Of a DNA stretch of 64,000 nt, positions 12,745-24,523 are shown one piece after another; position 1 is the stretch's first letter; each line of letters opens with the position of its first letter. The notes under the pieces are model-generated. The model saw only the letters and a program-made list of their open reading frames with translations, made no database searches and was not told where the DNA came from. The translations under genes were made by a program, and so were the position numbers. Source of the DNA: Octopus sinensis (lineage: Eukaryota); contig NC_042997.1 in the NCBI RefSeq assembly GCF_006345805.1, forward strand, positions 62,434,001 to 62,498,000. The letters run 5' to 3'.

Positions 12745-12826
12745 CTTTTCTGATGAGAAGATTGCATCTTGCACCGTTTATTCCTTTGGAATAAAACCAT
12801 GTTGTCTTCGAAACGTATGTCGAGAG
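12745..12826 (+). ncRNA. Type I hammerhead ribozyme motif (Penelope-associated type)
   Basis: Stem I CTTTT/GAGAG; core CTGATGA (12750-56); long stem II GAAGA...TTTATTCC-TTT-GGAATAAA...TCTTC; GAAAC (12810-14); stem III ACGTATGT; GTC triplet (12819-21). Confidence 0.7.
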
Positions 12827-12872
12827 TTAAGGAATTTTGTTAACATCTTCGTTCAACTCCATTCATTATTTA

Positions 12873-12944
<72 letters not shown>

Positions 12945-13344
12945 TGTATGTATCGACCAGACTACCAGTTGTTGTTATACACTGCTCACTACAATGCGCT
13001 TCCTCACAATGTTGTAGTTTTGTAGCTTTCAAATGTCAAGAGCCTGCTAGTTAGGTGAGTAGCCCAAAGTTTCCTCTGAACGGGATGCCAGTTCGACATA
13101 GGGCTACCAAATTATAACGGAGTGGAGCTGAGCAACGTGAAATGAAGCGTTTTAATTCAGGAAACAAAGCCGGCCTTGGAATCGACACTAGAATCTTGCG
13201 ATCGTGAGTGCAACACCATACCCACTGGGCTACGACCTTCATATATATGTGTGTGTGTGTGTGTATGCGAGTATGCGTGTGTCTGTGTAATGTATATATA
13301 TATGTGTGTGTGTGGTGTGTGTGTGTGTGTGTGTGTGTGTATAA

Positions 13345-13720
13345 CTGGAGCTGTGTGATAAGTTTGCTTCCCAGCCACATAGTTCCAGGTTCAGTCCTGA
13401 TGCGTGGTAGCTTGGGCAAGTGACTTATACTATAGCTTCGAGCTGACCAAAGCCTTTTGAGATAATTTGCTTGACAAACTGAAAGGAGCCAGTAGAAGAT
13501 TTGTGTTTGTGTGTTTATATGTGAGTGTATAAGTGTATGCATTTGTGTATACATGTTTATCTTTGTGCATGTGTCTGTTCCCTACCATCGTTTTCCAAAC
13601 GTTGATGGTGTCTTTACTTCTCCATAAGTTTTCAGTCTGGCAAAAGGGACCGATATACCGATATATTATATACCACGCCTAAAAAGTAAGTACTGGGGTT
13701 AAATTCGATAAACTAAAATT
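13345..13720 (+). mobile_element. SINE family A (uninterrupted copy)
   Basis: GCTGTGTGATAAGTTTGCTTCCCAGCCACATAGTTCCAGGTTCAGTCC...TTGGGCAAG...GACCAAAGCC, internal (TG) tract and GGCAAAAGGGACCGATA tail. Confidence 0.8.
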
Positions 13721-13746
13721 CTCCACGGCTCCTCCCTATCCAGCAC

Positions 13747-13813
<67 letters not shown>

Positions 13814-13886
13814 TATGTATGTATGTATGTATGTATGTATGTATGTATGTATGTATGTATGTATGAATGTGTATATATATACATAC

Positions 13887-13925
13887 AGGCGCAGGAGTGG
13901 CTGTGTGGTAAGTAGCTTCTTACCA
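13887..13925 (+). mobile_element. SINE family A head interrupted by insertion (continues at 16077-16260)
   Basis: AGGCGCAGGAGTGGCTGTGTGGTAAGTAGCTTCTTACCA, then unrelated sequence. The SINE resumes as AAGTAGCTTGCTAACCAACCACATGGTT at 16077. Confidence 0.85.
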
Positions 13926-16076
13926 GACAGACGTGTGTTTTTTGCTCCGGCAAATGTCACGTGTTAACGTGAAATATTGAACTTTTGACTCGACTACAGG
14001 TAGGCGTTTTGTATTTTTGGGAGCGAAGTGAAGTCTATTGCTTACATTTAATGTTTTTTAGCATTTAATAATTTTTAGCAGATAATAAACTCCACTTTGC
14101 TCCAGATATAATTTTTCTGCCTGTTGTCGAGTGTAAAGACTCACTTTGTAGTGAGAATTGTATTTTTAAAGCGGCGTAGTCCGTCTGCAAAAATTGTTTT
14201 TGAAATTGTCTTTGTGTTATCCACGGGAATTACCAAGGAGTACCAAGGATTATTTTATCAAGGTGTTTTACCAACTGTACATTTGGCCTGGAATACAATT
14301 TTTTGGCCGAAAAAAGTGAAAACAAAAATAAAAAAGAAAAAATTAATTCCTTTGTCTGGATTTGAACTCTCTTTCTCCGTCTATCATTTATTTTTTTAAA
14401 AAAGAACTTTTTTTGAACTGCTATTTCTAATTTTATTTCTTCCCTTCTGTTGTATTTTTCATTCTCCTTTCTGTGTCTTATTTTATTTTATCACATTTTG
14501 AACTGTCTTTAAATCTTACGTTATGGCAAAGAAATTCACTGTGTGGGATTTGACACCTCCCAAAAAATATTTGAATGAGCTCGAGGAAAAGACCGTGGTG
14601 CTGAGGACATATTCGAAGTCGCTCGACACCATAGCAGTCTTTCCAAAGGCCACTATTGTTAACGAGCTGGCAGACTACATGCCAGCCGTTAAATATATCG
14701 CACGGGGAGTTAAATATGCAACGGTTTGGTTGCTATTTCACTCCCCTAAAGCAGCTTGCGAATTTGCAAGCCAGCCCATTGAGGGCAAACAAATATTGTT
14801 TCTCCCAAATTACAAGGGAGAAAAATTGTTGAGAGCTTGGATCTGCGGCTTACCACCAGGCGTTGAGCCCGAGTGGATAGAGGACTCTATCCGCCGGGGC
14901 TTGGATGGTAGCAGTTCCAAGCTACTGAACGTAAAAGTACAGCCTGCGGCTGATTGGGAGGGGTCAAGAGCTGTTTTGACCCTATGGACCCAGTCAGCCA
15001 AAAGTCTGGTTTTACCGGACTTTTTGAGGATGGTCGGGTACAGGTATCCGGTGATGCTTGAGGGACGCCCCCCCCCCCAAGTGTCACCTGTGCCTAGAGC
15101 CTGGACATATCAAGAGGAAGTGTCCCGGTGGCCGTGGTGCTGCCCCGGAGCATGAAAAGGAAAAGGTGCCCGCTGCCCCCTCATTGGAGGGGGAGACGGT
15201 GGAAGTCGTGGAGGAGGTTGCCTCCACGAAAAGAAAAAGACAGGTGAGCAAAAATGGTTGCTCACCAAAGAACGTACAGACGGAGGAGGAGGATAGCGAC
15301 CCCCCGTGTCTGCCGAAGGAGCCCCCTGGGCTAGCAGCCTCTAAAAAAAAAGAGGAAAAAAAAAGAAAAAGAGGTCGGACGGCTGACGTTTCTGTGTCGC
15401 CGACGGAGCCGCGGGTGGTACGTGTGCCACCCGCGGACAGTGCTCCGTCAGTGGAAAGTGTGCCACTGACGGATCAGTGTGAGGTCCCTTCCTGTGAAGA
15501 GGAGTTGTTTCTCCTCCTTTACCACAAGGGAGGGAAGGTGGAAAAGTTTTTGAATGGCTTGGGTGACCGAGAACGCAAGGACACGGTCAGCTCAAGGTGT
15601 CCGTTATGGCCTCCGTGGGTAGCTGCGGAGGTAGTAACGGAAAACATTTTGGCAAGGGTCACAAAGACCTTTGAGAGGAAACATTTTACTTTTCTCTTTG
15701 CAGGCCTCGACTTGTCGTCGCAGAGTTGTCTGCAGGCGGCAAGACAATTTGCTTCGGGGACCTGACAGGGAGAATTTTTGTGAATTCATATACTGCCCTT
15801 GTGGCAAAAGAAATGAAAAAAAGAACTTTGTAAGAGGTTTTAGTGCCTCCTTCGTGTAAGAGGTTTGCAACCTCATGTCGATTTATTGAAACTAAAGAAA
15901 AAAGAAAATTGAACTTATTAAAAAAAAAGAACAATGTCTTAGAGAAGCGGAAGTCGGCAGGCGCTTTTTGACTTCTCCCATCACCATCTTCATCCACCAC
16001 CACCATCATCCATTAATGTCTTTGTCCAGCCCGTAGCTACTCTGTGTACTGCACTAGTGGCAAAATTGTTGAAATA
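13926..16076 (+). mobile_element. Apparently full-length ~2.15-kb ORF1-only (HAL1-like) non-LTR retroelement with target-site duplication
   Basis: Flanked by a ~16-17-bp TSD (AAGTAGCTT-CTTACCA 13910-13925; AAGTAGCTTGCTAACCA 16077-16093). About 600-bp 5' UTR, a single ORF1, ~310-bp 3' UTR ending AATAAA, no ORF2. Confidence 0.85.
14523..15765 (+). CDS. Gag-like ORF1 protein (RRM-like region, CCHC zinc knuckle, low-complexity C-terminus), ~413 aa if one C is removed from the C11 run
   Basis: ORFs 14523-15155 and 15058-15765 join at the poly-C tract 15068-15078: ...YPVMLEGRPP/PKCHLCLEPGHIKRKC. No other lesions visible. Confidence 0.8.
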
Positions 16077-16254
16077 AAGTAGCTTGCTAACCAACCACAT
16101 GGTTGGTCCCCGTCACTTAGCGGTTCGGCAAAAGAGACCGATAGAATGAGTACTGGGCTTACAAAGAATAAGTCCCGGGGTCGATTTGCTCGACTAAAGG
16201 CCATGCTCCAGCATGGCCGCACTCAAATGACTGAAACAAGTAAAAGAGTAAAAA

Positions 16255-16374
16255 GAGTATACATGTATATATATATATGATATACATACATAAATATATG
16301 ATATATATTTATATGTATATATAAGTATGCATATGTGTGTGTGAATATATATGTACGTGTATATATATATACAT

Positions 16375-16435
<61 letters not shown>

Positions 16436-16450
16436 ATACATATTATATAT

Positions 16451-16482
<32 letters not shown>

Positions 16483-16616
16483 CATATATAATATATATAT
16501 ATATATATACATATATATATTATATATTATATATATATACATATATATATATATATAATATATATATATATATATACATATTATATATATATATATTATA
16601 TATATATATATATACA

Positions 16617-16649
<33 letters not shown>

Positions 16650-16651
16650 CA

Positions 16652-16728
<77 letters not shown>

Positions 16729-16730
16729 GT
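16255..16730. repeat. Degenerate (TA)n microsatellite block
   Basis: Near-continuous TA/TACA repeats. Confidence 0.95.
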
Positions 16731-16781
16731 AATATTTTATAACTATATACTTAATTATAACAAGGGTTTTGCTATATGCCG

Positions 16782-17302
16782 CACCACGCTCTAAAAAAAT
16801 GGACGTCAAGGGACATAATTAACACCATAAAATCTCCGAGAAAAAATACTCCACGTAATAGGCTAGCAAAAGAAAGAAAATTAATTAAAACTTTCTGTTA
16901 ACCGCGTTCAAGATCACGTTTCCAGCTTAAAGTAGTAAATATTGCCTATCGCTTTCCTTCATCGAAACTGTATTAACGACACACTTCACGTTGGTATAAA
17001 GGAAGGATGTGAATTCGACTTTGCAGTATATTTTTACGAGTGTGAATAGATATTAGTTAAGTGACGTCGTACCTTGCTTACATATTCATGAATACTCGTG
17101 AATTTACGCAATTGAATACCGTCACTGATGAAAGCATTCGGTAATATTTTTTACTTTAAGCTGGAAACAGGATCTTGTACGCGGATAACCGAAAGTTTTA
17201 ATTCATCTTCTTTCTTTTGCTAGCCTATTATGTGCTGTATTATTCTCGGAGATTTTATGGTGGTAATAGTGTCTTTTGACGTCTATTTTTCAGTGCGTGG
17301 TG
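16782..17302. mobile_element. Fold-back element with ~170-bp imperfect inverted arms
   Basis: 16782-16956 is the reverse complement of 17130-17302 (e.g. CACCATAAAATCTCCGAGAA / TTCTCGGAGATTTTATGGTG; TTTCCAGCTTAAAGTA / TACTTTAAGCTGGAAA). Confidence 0.8.
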
Positions 17303-17688
17303 AAATTATGTATATAATTATAAAACATTTGTGAAATTTACCTATGAGGTTTTTATTTCCGCGCTGATCACCTGATAAAAATCGTTAATGATTTTTAACC
17401 TTTATTATTATAATATATATATATATATTTGGGATCACCACTACTTTATTATTCCCCCTTCTTCCTAGCTCTCCTGTAAGACCACCTCTGTCCGACCATC
17501 GCCATGATTGACCTCTAGCTACTAAAGCTTTCTTTTTTTTATTCTCTCTGTTTAATTTCTCGTGTTCTTTTCTGTTGGAGAGTGTAGGCTCGAAACGTAG
17601 AAGACTTTCTCACATTCCCGAGCGTTAAACTAATACATGTATTTGTTGTTTACATACCTGTCTTCGTTTTTTGCTTTTTGTAAATTCC

Positions 17689-17728
<40 letters not shown>

Positions 17729-18339
17729 GTTAATTAATTTGTGTTGAAAGACTCCTGATGTGAAATCGTGTGTTGAAACAGATATCGTTGTATTTCGGGA
17801 TGGGGGTTTTCTTTTCTTACCAAAGAAGAACACGCACTATATATTTGTTCTTCACTCGTTTATTACTGCTCTTGTTTTAACACATATCCATTTTCCGGAA
17901 ATCTTTTGTCATACATCAGTGACACATTTTTCTATGACACACTTTTCGTTTTCGTGTATGCTTTTGCTACACTTACTCCATTCTGCTCTTCTATGACGTG
18001 TATCCATACGTGCGCATGTGTTTGCGTCCCTGTTTATGTGTGTGCATGTGTGTGTATGTGCGTGTGTGTATGTCATTGTTATTAGCAGCAATATAGCCAT
18101 CCCCTCAGCCCCATCCTCTCACCCCGTTATACTGTTGCTGTCCCGGAACCCAAAAACTTGGTACAGTTCCTGTATCTCTCTGTATTTGTGTGATCGTCCA
18201 CGATGTTACCATCGTGGTAGTTGTTATTATTGCATCGTTGTTACCGCCGCTGCTGCTGTCGTTATTAGTCGTGTTCTTGATATTGTTGAGGCCGTCTGTG
18301 AAGTTATATATATATACATGTGTGTGTGTAGGACGGACT

Positions 18340-18490
18340 ATTTTCAGTTTCCGTCTACCAAATCCACTCACAAGGCCTTGGTCGGCCCGAGCCTATGGTA
18401 GAAGACACTTGCCAAGGTGCCACGCAGTGGAACTGAATCCAGAACCATGTGGTTGGCAAGCAAGCTTCTCTCCACACAGCAACTCTCGCG
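18340..18490 (-). mobile_element. SINE family A (uninterrupted head)
   Basis: Minus strand GCTGTGTGGAGAGAAGCTTGCTTGCCAACCACATGGTTCTGGATTCAGTTCCACTGCGTGGCACCTTGGCAAG. Confidence 0.85.
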
Positions 18491-18988
18491 TCTTAGTTTA
18501 CTTACTGAAAATATTTAGAACAAATCTGAAAAGATTTTAATAAGTACGGTCCACAATGCAAACACGTTTGATGTGCTTGGAAATTTAATAAATCATAGTA
18601 GCCCAGATTAATAGAGAGCCTAAGTCACACATCATTCCGTTTATTATGACGATTGTTAAGTAATTACTAAGACAGCAAACACCAGTCTCCAGCGCCTCTG
18701 TGACAGTTGTAATATCCTCCTTGTTGCCTTATAGAAACCTTTAAATGTTTAATAATCTTTATATAGCTATAGTTACGTTAGATTTTGTTTCAACGTATAT
18801 TAAACCATGCTAAAAACTCGTTTAATCCCCATGAGAAAAATTTCCATCTTTGAGAGAAAACTAAATCATCTAACACATACATGTATATAAGCAATTTATG
18901 TTTCAAACTAAATTTAAATAGCTCACGAAAAACCAATTAAACAGCAGTAATTGTTTACATTGCTTTTATTTTATCTCTCAAAATAAGT

Positions 18989-19077
18989 AGCCTTCACAAT
19001 TTCATAGCAGCCTTCACAATTCATAGCATCCTTCACAATTCATAGCAGCCTTCACAATTTCATAGCAGCCTTCACAA
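18989..19077. repeat. ~4.5 x 20-bp tandem repeat overlapping the stop codon of the EF-hand gene
   Basis: Unit AGCCTTCACAATTTCATAGC (minus: TTGTGAAGGCTGCTATGAAA). Confidence 0.95.
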
Positions 19078-19253
19078 AGTCTTTGTAATCAATTTGATCA
19101 TCTTTGCTGACAGATGTTATGATTTTTTGAATATTTTCACTACTGTGATCCATACACATCTTTTTCATTGCCGCGGTTAGTTCTTCTTTGTTGAGATAAC
19201 CAGAATTGTCAGTGTCAAACGTCTTTAAAGCTGACTCAATATCATCCGGATTT
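19052..19253 (-). CDS. Terminal exon (exon 3) of EF-hand calmodulin-like Ca-binding protein, copy A
   Basis: Acceptor TTTTTTTATTAAG, phase compatible with the exon at 22378-22463. Encodes NPDDIESALKTFDTDNSGYLNKEELTAAMKKMCMDHSSENIQKIITSVSKDDQIDYKDFVKAAMKL*, with canonical EF loop DTDNSGYLNKEE and a degenerate fourth loop. Confidence 0.9.
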
Positions 19254-19674
19254 CTTAATAAAAAAATAGAAGAGAGAAGAAGCATCATTAGTAACAATAT
19301 AAAATTATACAATTTGTAGAAAAGCAACAAAATAATAATTCGTTCAAAGTAAGCATTTTTTTTTAATTTATAAGGTGAAATTCAGTTGATATAAAAAAGC
19401 TCTTATATAACGCATGACTCAGTTGATTAGCGAAAAGCTTGATGACTAGGTGGTCGTTTGAATACTGTCATCCACACTTAGTCGAGTTCATGGGGAAGAC
19501 ACTCAATACTTATTGGTTGATTTTTACTAATCTTTACGTAGAGAAGGGTGAGGCAGAGAGACAGACGTTTTAGAAAAGTTCACAAAATCATTAATTTAAG
19601 GTGCAAACAAATTTTATTGACATCAATGTGTTTATATTGAATTAGCATTCGTCAAAATTAAGTATGAAAAACAA

Positions 19675-20305
19675 CATCTATCATGTGTAGTCCGTTTTCA
19701 TTGATACATTTCTGAAAGCGTTCTTGGATGTTGGCCTCCACTCTCTCCCAGATTGCTCTGTCGATTTGGACGATTGCACGCGAAGAGCTTCCTTCAAATT
19801 GTCCAATGTACGGGGCTTATGTGCATACATACGTGCCTTGAGGTTTCCCCACAAGAAATAATCACTCGTGGACAAATCAAGGGACCGAGGAGCCAAGGAA
19901 TGTCAGCAAACATGGAAATGGGGTGGTCACCAATGAGAGGGCGAAGAACGTCCATTGATGCTCTGGCTGTGTGGACCGTCTCCCCATCCTATTGAAACCA
20001 CACACGTTGAATAGGCATACGTTTTCGTCGTAATTCGGGCCCTTTTGGGCTGTGCAGTGATCTTTTGTGCAGTTCTCTCGGATTATCAAGAGCTCAGTAA
20101 CGATAGTTCTGTTGATTCGCCATGCCATTGGGATGAAAATGAGCTTCATCATTCATTAAAAAAAATGAGGCCGTCATTTACCCCCAAAATTGCTTCCCTC
20201 TGACGTGCGAAGTTAAGCTGCTGTGCATAGTCCCGCGGTTTCATCTGTAGCCGAATGACAAATTCGTATGGGTGGAAATGCAGATCTTCATGCAAAGTAC
20301 GTGTT
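19675..20305 (-). mobile_element. Tc1/mariner transposase remnant
   Basis: DEAHF-like, WFQ*DGETVHTA and PRSLDLSTSDYFLWGNLKARMYAHKPRTLDNLKE motifs; disrupted. Confidence 0.85.
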
Positions 20306-21016
20306 TAACTGGTTCTTATTTTATCGCACTCGAAAGATAAAGTCGACTTCGGCGGAATTTGAACACAGAACGTATAGACGGGGGAAATGCCGCTAAGTAT
20401 TTTTCCGCGGCGTGCAAACGGTTTTACCACCTCGCTGCCTTGAAATTTCCTCTAATAATAAAGTGATATACAATACATAAAGCGGATATAATTGTGTCTT
20501 ATTCAGAAGGCACACTTGGTTACGCAACATTTCTTGATCAGCGGTCTAGCACTGAGACGAAAAGGTGTTTAAGTTCATTATGTATGCATGCAACATAAAA
20601 TTCACCATGTTTGGGGGGGGGGGGGCGTTGTGAACAATATAGAGTCTAGCGGTGAGAGTGGCACTCACGAACGCTAGGTCATGGTTTCGATTCCCGGAAA
20701 GAGCGGTGCGTTGGGTTCTTGAGCAAAACATTTCCTTTCACGTTGCTCTGAGATCATTTCGACATCTGACGTGTGACACACTTGTGCACCGGCACTGGCG
20801 ATATCGATGTGATGGGGGAAGTGAGCTTATGTACAGCACATACATGTGATCACTATAAACAGCACGTACATGTGATCACTATAAACAAATCATTTGTGCA
20901 GCTCGTTCAGCAAAAACTGAACACACGTCGCCTTCCACGGGAAAGACCTTCATTATTATTATAATTATTATCATTATTGTTGCATATAATAGAAAGGATT
21001 ATTATTATTATTATTG

Positions 21017-21700
21017 AAGGCGGCGAGCTGGCAGAAACGTTAGCGCGCCGGGCGAAATGCTTAGCGGTACTTCGTCTGCCGTTACGTTCTGAGTTCAAAT
21101 TCTGCCGTGGTCTACTTTGCCTTTCATCCTTTCGGGGTCGATAAATAAAGTGCCAGTTACGCACTGGGGTCGATCTAATCGACTTATTTCCTTTGTCTGT
21201 CTTTGTTTGTCCCCTCTATGTTTAGCGCCTTGTGGGCAATAAAGAAATATATTACATCTGGTGAAGTACAGATCGAGAAAGATTTTTTTAAAAAGAAGGT
21301 AGTGAGCTGGCAGAATTGTTAGCACGCCGGGCGAAATGCTTAGCAGTATTTCGTCTGCCACTACGTTCTGAGTTCAAATTCCGCTGAGGTCGGTTTGCCT
21401 TTCATCCCTTCGGGGTGGATTCAATAATTACTAGTTACGCACTGGGGTCGATATAACCGACTTGATCTGTTTGTCTGTCCTTGTTTGTCCTCTCTGTGTT
21501 TAGCCCCTTGTGTGTAGTAAAGAAATAGGTATTTTGTCTGCCGCAACGTTCTGAGTTCAAATTCCGCAAAGGTCGACTTTGCCTTTCATCCTTTCGAGGT
21601 CGATGAAATAAGTTCCAGTTACACATTGGGGTCGATGTAATCAACTCGCCCCTTCTCCAAAACATTTTCGAGGCCTTGTGCCTAGAGTAGAAATAATTAT
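21017..21700 (+). mobile_element. Cluster of SINE family B copies (one single copy, one nested/tandem pair)
   Basis: Heads GGCGGCGAGCTGGCAGAAACGTTAGC at ~21019 and ~21298. At ~21527 the tail GTAAAGAAATA runs directly into GGTATTTTGTCTGCC. The nested pair is mirrored at ~63283-63683. Confidence 0.9.
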
Positions 21701-21878
21701 TGAAAATGACCGAGCAAACATCGAACTAAGTTACCTAGCCTTTAATATATTTACTTTCGTTCGTGAGGCTGGATAACATAAGGTTTCTGTTATATATGTT
21801 TACGATGTAATCAACTACACCAATTCATTACAAATGTTTAGCTGTATCATTATGGAAGAAGTTATGAAATAAAATGAA

Positions 21879-22333
21879 GGATCTTTTCCTCTACATGGGC
21901 AGCTCGATTGTTTAATTTTCTTTAACTAAACACTTTGAAACTTCGTATACTGGTAGAATGTGTCATATAGAACATCTTTGACTGTTAGCGTTGTTGAGAA
22001 AAGTTTCTATTTTCGAAGTTATTTCGTGTTAAATTTGTCGTATTTCGGTAATTTCAACGAATCAATGAGGTGTATTCAGCTGAATAAAATTACTGCTGTT
22101 CTTTGTCAACAACTTCCGTCGGTGTATATTTCGTTTGTCGCTGTTATTTATGACATCGTCTATGCGTTTGTACTGGTTTTAGCTTTAAAAAAACTTCGAA
22201 AATAGAAACCTTTCTCAACAACGCTAAGAGTAAAAGATGTTCTATATGACACATTCTACCACTATACGAAGTTTCAAAGTGTTTAATTAAAGAAAATTAA
22301 TTAATCGAGCTGCCCATGAAAAGGAAAAGATCC
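21879..22333. mobile_element. MITE with ~140-bp TIRs (GG...CC termini, ~8-bp TSD; MULE/Merlin-like)
   Basis: GGATCTTTTCC...TTTTCGAAGTT / AACTTCGAAAA...GGAAAAGATCC, flanked by AAAATGAA / AAAATGAG. Mirrored copy at 62645-63101. Confidence 0.85.
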
Positions 22334-22377
22334 AAAATGAGAGATACGATGAAAAGATACAAAATGTGTGGACTTAC

Positions 22378-22463
22378 CGAAGATATCGCTTATACATCGC
22401 TCGAACAAATTCAGGCTTGGTAACTATGCGATCTTTGTTTGTATCATATTCTTCAAAATCGCT
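22378..22463 (-). CDS. Exon 2 of EF-hand protein copy A (probably a 5'-truncated pseudogene)
   Basis: TTTCGACAG|AGC...CTTCG|GTAAG; SDFEEYDTNKDRIVTKPEFVRAMYKRYL(R); paralogous to 62514-62599. No exon 1 found upstream on this strand. Confidence 0.88.
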
Positions 22464-22536
22464 CTGTCGAAATAAAATAGCAGACGTAATGATAGCAATA
22501 TGAATAGTAGTAATAGTAGTAGTAGTAGTAGTAGTA

Positions 22537-22580
<44 letters not shown>

Positions 22581-22600
22581 GATGATGATGATAATGAACT

Positions 22601-23122
22601 ATGCCCTGATGCAGTACCAGACAGTGGATCTCATGGCTTCTGATCTTAACTTATTGGCAGTGTTATCATGTACATTGTTTTGTCTTGGTATAAAAGATGG
22701 GCTACAGCAAATATTTTGCTGAATATTACAGATTGGCTTGTCAGTTGTTTGACCGTAACAAGTTGACCATGTGCATCTCTGATCAAGAGCAGAAGTAGTG
22801 GGGGAGCATCATAGACGTGTGTTGAAAGGAATTCTTAGAGGTTTGGATAATTCACCTTTGGAAACATGGGTGGTTCGTTCAACATTCTTAAACAATCCTT
22901 GTTCATGGACCTTTTGAGGGGGATGGGTTAATCGATCTGAAGAAAATTCTAACTGGGCCCCACCTGCAAGGTCATGCTCTCTTTATCTTGATATGAGATC
23001 ACCATGTCACGCGCATATGATTGAGATGCATGTGCTTATCAGACGGGCAGTTATAATGGGTATACTGGGCTTCGTATATTTTACCCCAGTGTCATTTTGA
23101 TGGCATGCACTGCTCTCTCACT
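22601..23122 (+). mobile_element. ~520-bp non-coding interspersed repeat embedded in (TAA)n
   Basis: Copies at 61778-62335(-), 26437-26738 (5'-truncated) and ~11860-12035 (partial). The three copies retaining the 3' end finish ...CACTC followed by (AAT)n. Confidence 0.8.
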
Positions 23123-23660
23123 CAATAATAATAATGATATTATTATTATTATCATCATCATCATCATCATCATCATCAATAATAAAAATAATAATAATAA
23201 CAATAATGATAATGATGATGATGATAACACGCAGGCTTGCATCAATGCTTAGATTAAATTTGATTGGTTTTTCTTGATGTTTAATGAAAAATCTTAACTT
23301 TACTAGAAAAATAGTAATGACCCTGAGAAATAATTAACCAATCTCATTCACTCATTTACTTTTGCTAAAACTTGCTATCTTTTCAGTAGTCGTTAACTGT
23401 GTCCGTTATCGGAATTACATTCTTTTTGTTTGAATGTTTGTTTGTTTTTTGTGTGCATGTGTGTGCGTCAGTGTGAGTGCGCATACACATATGTTTGTAT
23501 GTATGTTTGTATGTATGTATGTATGCATGTATGTGTGTATGCATATATACATGTATGCATGCGTGCACGTTTGTAGGTATGTATGTATTCTGCATATCCA
23601 TGCGCCTGTGTGTTCATGTGTGTGTGTTTGTGTTCATGATTGTGTGTTTGCATATGTGTG

Positions 23661-23729
<69 letters not shown>

Positions 23730-23869
23730 GAAATATGTTACAAAAAGAAAATAGAAACTACATGTGGAAATGTAAGGGAAAAATAAGAAGAAAAATAAGC
23801 GAAAATGCACATTGGAAATAAAAAAAGTAAAGGCTTTTTATGAAAAATAACGATAGATATATACAATTA

Positions 23870-24523
23870 GATGAACTGAGGTCGGAATAAAAGTAAAAAA
23901 AAATTATTATTGTGAATTGTTAAAGAGATTCATAAGCAAACCGGTTTCGTGAATTTACTAATCATTGCTTTCAATGCACACCGATTAATGAACGGTGTCA
24001 GGTCTACTAGTCCCTGCGTAAAACGATTATGTGTAAGGGAGGTAAGTAGTTCTAGATTTGGTGCAATTAGGTTAGACATAGATCAGTAATATTCATGGCG
24101 TATGGGATGTATGGGGCTTAGTGGTATTAATTGAAAGGTTAGTAGTGTTCTGTATTATGTTGTGCATTCATATTGAGTTGTGGAAGATATTTATTGATGA
24201 AAGTTGTCTCTTTATACATTCTTTGTTGTACTGAGGTGTTCTGTGAACATTCATAGAAGGGGAAAATTTAGAAATTAGGATTAAGATTCCTAGCACACAT
24301 TTCTATGCGTTCACTAACATGTATCTATCTGTATTGTGGGTGGCGGATTTCTTCTTTGTGGAGAGTGGTTCTTCGAGGGAGTGATATTCCTAATTGGCCA
24401 ATATAATTATTACCACACCCTAAACATGTAATGGCATAGATTAGATTTTCCGAGGCACAGGTGAAATTTGATTTGATCTTGAATATCTCACCTTGTTTAA
24501 AGTGGAATTCTGAACCCTCCAAT
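23870..24523 (-). mobile_element. Penelope-like element 3' fragment (GIY-YIG endonuclease plus 3' region)
   Basis: FTCASENLIYAITCLGCGNNYIGQ...RRTTLHKEEIRHPQYR. Mirrored at ~59870-60520. Confidence 0.85.

Noticed and set aside
18989-19077. CRISPR-like short direct repeats
   Set aside because: Units are contiguous with no unique spacers; eukaryotic context; no cas genes.
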